39,664 bases of DNA, taken from assembly GCA_002372175.1 (NCBI GenBank), contig DFIS01000080.1, positions 1 through 39,664 on the forward strand, in the 5' to 3' direction. The position numbers and the translations under genes were made by a program. This document shows, one piece after another, positions 9,266 to 17,650 of this stretch. The notes under the pieces were generated by a model. That model saw only the letters and a program-made list of their open reading frames with translations, was not told where the DNA came from and did no database searches. How positions within the stretch are numbered: position 1 is the stretch's first letter; each line of letters starts with the position of its first letter. The stretch comes from Solobacterium sp. UBA3691. GTDB lineage: Bacteria > Bacillota_I > Bacilli_A > Erysipelotrichales > Erysipelotrichaceae.

Positions 9266-10207
9266 CTATCCTTCAAAAATATCGGTCAAATGCTCATCCA
9301 AAAAGTTTTCTAGAGCAGCATTTACCAATCTCAGACACTTCAAATCCAAATCATTTTTAAACGCTATCAGCTGTATCGGTCTATTTGCATGAAACAGTGT
9401 GCACCGAAGGTAATATGACAGTTCACCGACGATAAATCCCTCTACGGTGATATCCTTTTTGACATGCTTTTCTATATAATGACTGATGATCTTATATGTT
9501 TTGGTTTCACTGTCCCGAATATCCTTCAGGAAGGTGTTTTCGCTGACTTCCTGCAGTGCCAAAAGCGGAGATTTTCCTAAGCTTTCTCGTTCTCTCTGTA
9601 TCAGCATTTCATTTCCAAGATGATATCGCCTTAAAATTCTCTCTATATTGGGTTTATCCTTATGTTTTTCAGCATCACGTCTGGATGAATAAAAACCATT
9701 AAATGCCATCCAAAGATTCTGAAACCGTTCTGTTTCATATGCTCTGCTTTTGCTGTACAAATATGCAGATAAAGCCGCGCTCTCACTTCCCTTTTCGGTT
9801 TTTGTTGCCGACATCGCTTTTTGAAGGAATTGAGTTTCCTTAACGTATTCCGGCAGGGGTCTCAACAATTTGGAATTGATCATCGAGTAAGGCATAAAGC
9901 TTGTATCGATAATCTCCTTACATTCATTCCCATCAATCACAGTTAATTCAAAGCATTGATTCTTGATAGGTGCTTCATATAGAAAAAGATGCAGGATCAT
10001 TGCACGCCTGATTCCTTCTCTCATGAGATTGATAAGATACTGATTATTTGTTTTTCTATAATCTTTACCAATCAAAGCACTGATCGTGTACTTATCCTTT
10101 GCTATCCGAACACTAATGTGATGGGTTCGCTGAAAAGAGAATTCAAACTTTTTAGCTCTTCTCAATTCATCATTACAGTTTACCTTTAACAAGTATTTCA
10201 GTTTCAT
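9266..10207 (-). CDS. Hypothetical 313-aa protein with a C-terminal Rx4H (HEPN-like) motif; possible Abi/HEPN-type RNase
   Basis: It is a clean ORF with island-typical AT-rich codon usage. The C-terminal YYLRCTLFHANRP fits HEPN Rx4-6H. It is predicted to be mostly alpha-helical. No other motif was recognised. Confidence 0.65.
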   Translation of the reverse strand: MKLKYLLKVNCNDELRRAKKFEFSFQRTHHISVRIAKDKYTISALIGKDYRKTNNQYLINLMREGIRRAMILHLFLYEAPIKNQCFELTVIDGNECKEIIDTSFMPYSMINSKLLRPLPEYVKETQFLQKAMSATKTEKGSESAALSAYLYSKSRAYETERFQNLWMAFNGFYSSRRDAEKHKDKPNIERILRRYHLGNEMLIQRERESLGKSPLLALQEVSENTFLKDIRDSETKTYKIISHYIEKHVKKDITVEGFIVGELSYYLRCTLFHANRPIQLIAFKNDLDLKCLRLVNAALENFLDEHLTDIFEG

Positions 10208-10277
10208 TCTTTTTCCTATTAACGTGACAGCCCTGAGGAACAGGGTGTTTTCACGTCTCTTATTGATCTGTTTTCAT

Positions 10278-10967
10278 TTACTTGTTTCGTGCACAAAGCA
10301 CATTTCTTTCTTTCAGCTGTGCAGTAATCTTTAAACAGCTTTTCTCTGCTTCTGAACTATTCTTTTCCGTCAGATATTTCTTCAATTTTTCCATCTCGTT
10401 CAGAAGATCATATTCATGCTGGATCGTCGCATCAGACGATACCGGATCACTATATTTAAACTCTTCTGTAAGATCCTGAAGTTTTTTCTTTAATGACCCA
10501 TCCTCACAAATACTAACTAATGCTGAACAGGCTGCCTGTAATGAACGCATGTTCGTAGTATCTTTCTTTATCTTTACTTCCTGTCGTTCTACTTCTTCTC
10601 TTGCTGCATCTGCTGCTACAGTACCTATAACAGCCAATGCTGCGGGCAGTATGTTGATCACGACAGCGATCCATGTCTTTATATATGGCGCAGCAATCAT
10701 CCCAATCAGACTGATCACCAACTGGGCAATCATATACATGACTCCTACACGTGCAATAGGAAAACCATAGAATTTACTTTTTGTTTCTGCTCCGTCAGCA
10801 AACGATATTTTCAGAACATACACCTGGAATACGATGGCAATTACACCAAACAGATATGAAATCCAGAAAACAGCATTTTTATTAAATGGAGCCGCAAACG
10901 CTATAACACTGAAGACGGCAAATATTACAGAAAGGATGATATACCGACGAAGTTCGTTTTTAGACAT
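10278..10967 (-). CDS. Hypothetical membrane protein, 229 aa. It has four N-terminal TM helices and a ~100-aa C-terminal coiled-coil/soluble domain.
   Basis: The hydrophobic helices are IILSVIFAVFSVIAFAA, FWISYLFGVIAIVFQVYVL, VGVMYMIAQLVISLIGMIAAPYI and IAVVINILPAALAVIGTVAA. Its start lies 2 nt after the stop of the upstream SPFH gene, which indicates translational coupling. Confidence 0.75.
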   Translation of the reverse strand: MSKNELRRYIILSVIFAVFSVIAFAAPFNKNAVFWISYLFGVIAIVFQVYVLKISFADGAETKSKFYGFPIARVGVMYMIAQLVISLIGMIAAPYIKTWIAVVINILPAALAVIGTVAADAAREEVERQEVKIKKDTTNMRSLQAACSALVSICEDGSLKKKLQDLTEEFKYSDPVSSDATIQHEYDLLNEMEKLKKYLTEKNSSEAEKSCLKITAQLKERNVLCARNK

Positions 10968-10969
10968 GT

Positions 10970-12820
10970 CTATTCACCTCTTCTCTTTCCGCATATATTG
11001 CAGAAGTTACCGATTATATTCTTGTTACCGCACGAGCAATCCCATGTTGCAGGAACCGACGGTTCCGGTCTCCTGGCTCCGCACATATTACAGAAATTGC
11101 CAATGATATTCTTATTGCCGCATGCACAGTCCCATGTATCCGGTTTAACAGGCTGCGGTCTTCTGGTTCCGCACATATTGCAGAAGTTACCGACGATATT
11201 CTTATTACCGCATGTACAGTCCCATGTATCTGCAACCGGCTGTGTACTTGTTGCAGGATTCGGTACTGCACCTGTCTGTGTCATGTTCATATTTTGGAAC
11301 ATACCGCCAATCTGCGGTGCAACTGCATTCATTGCAGCAAGTCCTACACCAAGACCAAGCATGTCACCCATAACATTGGAGCCCCCGCCTGCAGAGATTG
11401 CCGGTCCCATATTCCCGATTCCTTCAGCATATGCTTTCTGCACTTCAGCCTGCAGTACGTCCCTTTGAGAATATCCCTTGGCAGCCATAACCTCTGCTTC
11501 TGTTAAACCTGCCATTCTCTGTGCCTGCGCTTCCGCCTGGGCAGCAATGACTCTTCTTTCAGCTTCACGTCTGGCGATCTCCGTTTCAGTCGTCTGTCTC
11601 TGCAGTTCAGCTTCACGGCGTGCTGCTTCGATCGTCGCTCTGCTTTGTTCCTGCGCGGTTCTGTACTGAGTCTCTGCCTGTGCCTGTACAGTCTTTATCG
11701 TTGCATCTGCCTGCACAACTCTTGCCTGAAGGGTAATTGTATGCAGTTCTCTTATCCGTTTGAAATTCGGATCATTTTCCGGAAGCACCACACTTGTTAC
11801 ATATAACTGAGGGATGGTTAAACCATATTCTTCAAATCCCGGAAGAATCTTCTGTCTGAGATTTTCAGATATAAGATCCAGCTTCTCATCAATCTCCAAA
11901 AGATCAATATTCTCATTTTTAATTACTGAAGACAGATTGGTTTTTACAGCATTTGCGATTAATGGCCGGAAGGATGCCTGAAGTGATTTTGTCATACCTT
12001 CCCCACCGTCCCATGAAACTCCTTTTGTTGTTCCTACAAGCTTTACAAGCAGTTTCCTGGCATTAGATACCTGTAGATTCATTTCACCGGATGCTCCGAT
12101 CTCCAACGGTGTACCGGTCAATGGATCAATGAAGCGTACTTTTTCCGGTGTCCCCCACTTAATAGCCATCTGAACAGTCTTATTAATAAAATACACTTCA
12201 GAGTGGAAAGTCCTGTCTGTATCTGTAGGCAGCTGATAAATAGAATCCAAAATCGGAAGTTTCTGAGTTTCAAGTGTGTATCTGCCCGGTCCAAACAGAT
12301 CTAACGCCTGGCCATCTCTGAAAAAAACCGCTTCCTGACTTTCGTGCACGATCAACTGAGATCCCATATTGAAATCTTCTATAGGATGCTTCCAGATAAA
12401 AGTATTATTATCTCCTTCATATTTGATGATGCTTGCCAGACCGTCTTTTCTCATCTTTTCAGCCATCAGGCGTTCCGGAACATTATTCACAAAGTCACAA
12501 ACTGGACATGTATAGGAAGATGCCGCCTTGCTGGTGATCAGTTTCACACCACATTGGGCGCAGGAAAATTCTGCCATTTTATCTTGGCCTTCCATCGTAT
12601 TGATTGGTTCTCCGCAGACAGGACACTTCGCCTTTGCTCCTTTTGACTGATCAAAAACAACATCATTGCTGCAGTGAGGGCATTTTCTGCTTATAAGTTT
12701 ATCCATACGAACATTAATCGTGTAACCGCAGGAACAATCAATTTTCTTTCTTGCAAAGAACCCACTGCTTGCTTCTACATATTTGCCGCAGTTCGGACAC
12801 TCCATTACGAATTTAGACAT
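10970..12820 (-). CDS. SPFH/band-7 family protein (Band_7_1/COG4260-like), 616 aa, with three N-terminal CxxC...CxxC zinc ribbons and three C-terminal tandem 30-aa RanBP2-like zinc-ribbon repeats
   Basis: The N-terminal ribbons are CPNCG...CSCG, CPHCS...CPVCG and CAQCG...CPVCD. The SPFH-like core runs about aa 130-380. A Q/A/E/R-rich coiled-coil (ATIKTVQAQAETQYRTAQEQ...) is followed by a Gly/Met-rich linker. The repeats are 3x TWDCxCGNKNIxGNFCNxCGxRRP. A GAGGGAGA RBS precedes the ATG at 12818-12820. Confidence 0.85.
   Translation of the reverse strand: MSKFVMECPNCGKYVEASSGFFARKKIDCSCGYTINVRMDKLISRKCPHCSNDVVFDQSKGAKAKCPVCGEPINTMEGQDKMAEFSCAQCGVKLITSKAASSYTCPVCDFVNNVPERLMAEKMRKDGLASIIKYEGDNNTFIWKHPIEDFNMGSQLIVHESQEAVFFRDGQALDLFGPGRYTLETQKLPILDSIYQLPTDTDRTFHSEVYFINKTVQMAIKWGTPEKVRFIDPLTGTPLEIGASGEMNLQVSNARKLLVKLVGTTKGVSWDGGEGMTKSLQASFRPLIANAVKTNLSSVIKNENIDLLEIDEKLDLISENLRQKILPGFEEYGLTIPQLYVTSVVLPENDPNFKRIRELHTITLQARVVQADATIKTVQAQAETQYRTAQEQSRATIEAARREAELQRQTTETEIARREAERRVIAAQAEAQAQRMAGLTEAEVMAAKGYSQRDVLQAEVQKAYAEGIGNMGPAISAGGGSNVMGDMLGLGVGLAAMNAVAPQIGGMFQNMNMTQTGAVPNPATSTQPVADTWDCTCGNKNIVGNFCNMCGTRRPQPVKPDTWDCACGNKNIIGNFCNMCGARRPEPSVPATWDCSCGNKNIIGNFCNICGKRRGE
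10991..11260. repeat. Three tandem direct repeats of 90 bp, high DNA identity, in-frame within the 3' end of the SPFH gene
   Basis: Units begin at 10991, 11081 and 11171 (gcaYatattRcagaaRttRccgaY...cagtcccatgt). They encode the 30-aa zinc-ribbon repeats TWDC(T/A/S)CGNKNI(V/I)GNFCN(M/I)CG. The opposite-strand ORF 10998..11468 shows the same periodicity and is an artefact. Confidence 0.9.
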
Positions 12821-12939
12821 TATAATTCTCCCTCTTCAGTGCTTTTACTTATCTCCTGAATCACTTCATTAAAAACAGTCAGACTGTTCTTCTTGTTAAT
12901 TGGTATATCAAGAATTTTTGCGTCATGATCCATATTCAT
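12820..12939 (-). CDS. Possible small ORF (39 aa, MNMDHDAKILDIPINKKNSLTVFNEVIQEISKSTEEGEL) translationally coupled to the SPFH gene
   Basis: Its TAA stop shares one nucleotide with the SPFH ATG (TAATG). There is no convincing RBS and no recognisable domain. It lies in a 332-bp AT-rich intergenic region. The longer 64-aa version in the ORF track is unlikely. Confidence 0.2.
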   Translation of the reverse strand: MNMDHDAKILDIPINKKNSLTVFNEVIQEISKSTEEGEL

Positions 12940-13152
12940 TTCTGCTGATAGCCTACAAATATATACCGATATTATTTTGCCGATTTTTTGCGATCTACCA
13001 CGATATATGAACATTGATCTTTTGACTTTGTTATTACAGCAAGTTCGCTCTGTCCTGCCTTACTTCCGTAAATCTCAAATACATTGCTATGTGATTATGG
13101 GATCGACGCTTTGCAACATTTCCCGGGCTTCGCTGGATTTCTGATTTTAGGA

Positions 13153-15738
13153 TTAGTCGATTTTCACCCATAAAGCGGGGCGGACCGTGTTACTGTCATC
13201 ATCCACGGAGTCGCCGATCACATCGACAAGAACAGAGATCTTAGCAGCAAACCCGGAATCGCTGCCGGGCGACCGCAGCCACCAGGAACACATTCCTTTG
13301 TCATTTGTATAAGCTCCATTCTTTTTTGCGTATGGCGTTGCTTTAGCACTTCTATTTTCATCGGATTTGAAATATTTGTTTACTTCAGGCACAGATAAGA
13401 GAAATATCTTATCCTGTGTATTCTTACCAGGGTCTGCAGGATACTCAGGATTCTTATCCGCAGTTACTTTTGTCGTAAGAATCCGTGCTTTTTCCTGTCC
13501 ATTAAACACAGTATTATAGAACTCTTTATTCAACCATTTTCTTATCGAACATTTTTCCCATGTTATACTTTCGTATTCTTCGTTGTATGGCTTCGCATCA
13601 ATTCCATCTTCTGTAATCAGCAGTGCTCTGTCTTTTTTAACTTCAAGTATTCGCCATTTAATTGGTTTCTTCTGAGAATCATATTGATAAGTGCCAAACC
13701 CTTGACTTATTATTTGAGCTTTATTAATTAACGGGTTTATTGCATTTATAATCATTGCCTTTGCAGAGACAGTATTATTTTGATGTATGATTACTGCTTT
13801 CTTTTCCGGCTTTGGCTTTTGTACGGGTTTATCTGCTGGCTTGGTCACTGGTTTCGTTTCAATGAGTGTTTTTTTCAAAGCCGCAATATTATCCTCCAAC
13901 TCTTTTCTCTTTTTGCCGGAGAACAAACCTTTCAAATTCTTTTTTTCAGATTCTAATTTCTTTATTTTCTCTTCCAATTCACCTTTTTTCTTCTCTGCGG
14001 TTATACATGATTCTTCATAATCAATTTTGGATTGTTCCCATTTCTTTACAGCTAGATTATTATCGTTTTCCCATTGACTAATATCTCTCTGGTAAGAATC
14101 TTCAGCGTCTTTTTCCGCTTTCTTTCTTGCTGTTTCTTCCTCTATTTTTATTTTGGAAATCTGATCAGCATTTTTTTCTAAACGATCAGAAATATCTCTT
14201 TTAAACAATTCTGACTGTTCAGCCAATAATTTTTCTGCATTTTTTCTCTTTTCTAATTCTTTTGACATTTCAGATTTAAGAAGATCCCTGAGTTTGTCGA
14301 TCACTTTGTTTATTTCTTTTTCAACATTTCCATCTTTGTATCTGCATGCGCGTTTGTAATCGCGGTTGTTAAGAAGTTTCCCAAGACCTTCAACTGATAA
14401 ATTTCTGAATGCCTCCCTATAGCACACAGGATCCTCTAGTGTAAATGTTATTTTTTCAGGATGTAAGCCAATCAGCAATTTATCCAGTTCCTGATCAGAG
14501 AATTCATCGAGGAAGTGCCGAGAATCTGCTTCCCTTGCATATGCATGCGCCTCAAATGGAAGCGTCTGAACCCATAAATGTTCTTGCGCGTGCTTTTTAA
14601 TCTGGTCAAATAATTTTTTTGCCAATTCTGCTGAGCAATTCGAATTATACACGCACAGTACTTTCCCCCAGTAAGCAGCGCCACATTCTGCATCATTGTT
14701 AAGAACCTGCTCATAAAACTCATTAGCTCTTGTAAAATCACCATCTTCAATTGCCATATTGCCACGTTTCAATAGTGACTGTGTCTGCGCGTTCAAAACT
14801 GACAGCCCGCTGTCAGTATTTTTTTCTTCTTTTTCCTTATTATCTTTTCTCAGAATTTTATCGATCCCTCTCAAAAGATCCTGCATTGCACCTACTTTTC
14901 CCATATCTTGTGCCTGCAGTCTTGCAAATTCCTTCGGCATATCATATGCATCCAGATTTTTATATACCGGGATCATTGTTTTCTTTTCTCCTGAAGCTAT
15001 AAGATGAAGATATCTACTCCATTCGTTCTTTACCCATACCGCATCAAAATATTCAAATTTTGTTCCAACGGCCAGCATCAGTTTGGCGGAATGAAGTGCC
15101 GCAAAGATATATGGTTCATATTCCGTGCCGAGTTTATCTTCTAACGTAATTCTGGAGAAGAATACCCGATATCCCTTTTCAGTTAAAGCATTATAAATAT
15201 CCTGTGCCAGAACACTGTCCAGTGTCCTTTCTCCGTTTTCATCGGTTTCTTTGTAGCAAATAAAGATATCATACGGCTGTTCATTGGAAGATACTTCTAT
15301 TATGCCTTTTCTCAGATCTTCAATTTTCTTAGCCTCGTCACGATATACACGCTTTGCAACTGCATCAGCATATTCCATGACCATCTCATAATTATTGTCA
15401 TCAAAAATACTTTCAAACGAGGATCTGTGGCAGGTAGGCACTTTCTTTCCGGTTAGCGGATCATCAACATACTCTATTCCATACTTGCAAAGAACCAGTC
15501 CCCAGTATGCTTCTGCTTCTTCCTGAAATTCAGAAATGATAGCTTCATATACACCGGCAGCTTTGTCGAATTCATTATTAAAACGAAGTCTGTTTGCCCG
15601 TGTAAACAAATTCATCTTTTTTTCATTATCCGCATTTGGAATTGTCTGCAAAGTTCCGCAGAATTCACATTCACATACTGTACTGCCTTCTATCGGTGTA
15701 AGATCTCCACCGCACATTTTACATTTCAGAGCCACCAT
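13153..15738 (-). CDS. Paralogous zinc-ribbon + TIR + coiled-coil + C-terminal DUF6273-like domain protein, 861 aa, with no predicted TM helix
   Basis: It is about 60-65% identical to the 6554..9184 product over the first ~300 aa, from MVALKCKMCGGDL to the TIR core DIFICYKETDENG...AVWVKNEWSRYL at about 14854-15276. The middle is extremely K/E-rich and coiled-coil (ELEKRKNAEKLLAEQSELFKRDISDRLEKN...). The C-terminus carries ITWEKCSIRKWLN, KIFLLSVPE and WWLRSPG motifs. GGAGGG precedes the ATG. Confidence 0.85.
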   Translation of the reverse strand: MVALKCKMCGGDLTPIEGSTVCECEFCGTLQTIPNADNEKKMNLFTRANRLRFNNEFDKAAGVYEAIISEFQEEAEAYWGLVLCKYGIEYVDDPLTGKKVPTCHRSSFESIFDDNNYEMVMEYADAVAKRVYRDEAKKIEDLRKGIIEVSSNEQPYDIFICYKETDENGERTLDSVLAQDIYNALTEKGYRVFFSRITLEDKLGTEYEPYIFAALHSAKLMLAVGTKFEYFDAVWVKNEWSRYLHLIASGEKKTMIPVYKNLDAYDMPKEFARLQAQDMGKVGAMQDLLRGIDKILRKDNKEKEEKNTDSGLSVLNAQTQSLLKRGNMAIEDGDFTRANEFYEQVLNNDAECGAAYWGKVLCVYNSNCSAELAKKLFDQIKKHAQEHLWVQTLPFEAHAYAREADSRHFLDEFSDQELDKLLIGLHPEKITFTLEDPVCYREAFRNLSVEGLGKLLNNRDYKRACRYKDGNVEKEINKVIDKLRDLLKSEMSKELEKRKNAEKLLAEQSELFKRDISDRLEKNADQISKIKIEEETARKKAEKDAEDSYQRDISQWENDNNLAVKKWEQSKIDYEESCITAEKKKGELEEKIKKLESEKKNLKGLFSGKKRKELEDNIAALKKTLIETKPVTKPADKPVQKPKPEKKAVIIHQNNTVSAKAMIINAINPLINKAQIISQGFGTYQYDSQKKPIKWRILEVKKDRALLITEDGIDAKPYNEEYESITWEKCSIRKWLNKEFYNTVFNGQEKARILTTKVTADKNPEYPADPGKNTQDKIFLLSVPEVNKYFKSDENRSAKATPYAKKNGAYTNDKGMCSWWLRSPGSDSGFAAKISVLVDVIGDSVDDDSNTVRPALWVKID

Positions 15739-15905
15739 GATGATCCCTCCATTTCCCCTTATAATTGATTAAGATTATCTATTTATCGCAATTCGCTCAA
15801 TCTGGACTAAAACGTGTACTTTTTTGCTTGGTAATATGTCTAAATCAAATTTTAACATATACCGCTCTTTATGCGCATAACAATAAGGTACTTAGAAGCT
15901 AATAC

Positions 15906-16597
<692 letters not shown>

Positions 16598-16681
16598 TCA
16601 TCCATGTTTTCTGCGCATGCATATATGAAAAAGTCACCTGTATGTAACCCTTGATTTGATACAGTTGACTTTCTTTCTTTA

Positions 16682-17647
16682 TTATTTGTTTACAACGTTT
16701 ACCGGTTCACCCTGCAGGTAACCTTTGATGTTATCTACCGTCATGTCCATGATACGCTGTCTGGCTTCCTTTGCGCCCCAGGACATATGCGGTGTAATGA
16801 TGCAGTTCTTTGCGGTAAGCAGAGGATTATCACCCTTGATCGGCTCGGTGCTGGCGACGTCTACACCGGCTGCGGCGACCTTCCCTCTGTCCAGCGCATC
16901 CGCAAGATCCTGTTCAACGATCAGCGGTCCCCTGGAGTTATTCAGGATGATCACACCGTCCTTCATCTTTGCGATACTGTCCTTGTTGATGATCCCCTGT
17001 GTCTCCGGGAATAACGGACAGTGCAGGGCGATCACATCACTCTTTGTGAACAGTTCATCCAGTGTCACATAGTCTGCGATCTGTCTGCCTGCCTCATTCT
17101 CAAAGCTGTCATATGCCAGTACATGCATACCCAGTGCTTTGGCGATCTCACCGGTCCTTCTGCCGATGCGTCCGAAGCCGATGATGCCAAGTGTCTTGCC
17201 GGCCAGTTCGATCAGCGGATAATCCCAGTAACAGAAGTCGGGGCAGTTCTCCCACTTACCTTCCTTGACAGTTCTGTCATGGTGACCGATATGATGACAG
17301 ATCTCCAGCAGTAAGGCAATCGCAAACTGGGCTACGGAATCTGTACCGTATGTCGGTATATTGCATACCGGGATGCCCTTCTCTTTCGCATATGCGGTAT
17401 CGACAATGTTGTATCCGGTTGCCAGCACACTGATCATCCTGATCTGCGGACATGCGTCCAGTACATTCTTCGTGATCGGTGTCTTGTTGGTCAGTACGAC
17501 TTCTGCATCCCCGATGCGGCTGATGATCTCCTCTTCATCATGCAGAGGAGTTCTCTCATAGACTGTCAGTTCACCAAGTGCTTCTACACCTTCCCAGGAG
17601 AGATCTCCGGGATTCTCTGTATATCCGTCCAGTACTACGATCTTCAT
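16682..17647 (-). CDS. D-isomer-specific 2-hydroxyacid dehydrogenase (glycerate/hydroxypyruvate reductase-like), 321 aa
   Basis: The GIIGFGRIGRRTG Rossmann motif and the catalytic-domain pattern of the D-2-hydroxyacid dehydrogenase family are present. It starts MKIVVLDGY. Confidence 0.85.
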   Translation of the reverse strand: MKIVVLDGYTENPGDLSWEGVEALGELTVYERTPLHDEEEIISRIGDAEVVLTNKTPITKNVLDACPQIRMISVLATGYNIVDTAYAKEKGIPVCNIPTYGTDSVAQFAIALLLEICHHIGHHDRTVKEGKWENCPDFCYWDYPLIELAGKTLGIIGFGRIGRRTGEIAKALGMHVLAYDSFENEAGRQIADYVTLDELFTKSDVIALHCPLFPETQGIINKDSIAKMKDGVIILNNSRGPLIVEQDLADALDRGKVAAAGVDVASTEPIKGDNPLLTAKNCIITPHMSWGAKEARQRIMDMTVDNIKGYLQGEPVNVVNK

Positions 17648-17650
17648 CTC

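Noticed and set aside
10998-11468. A 156-aa + strand ORF with striking internal periodicity (ILQKLP(I/M/T)IFLLPH(E/A/V)QSHV repeated three times)
   Set aside because: It is the antisense reading of the 90-bp tandem repeats inside the SPFH gene. The periodicity comes from the repeat DNA, not from an independent gene. It is also not a CRISPR array: there are no unique spacers, and the repeats are in-frame coding.
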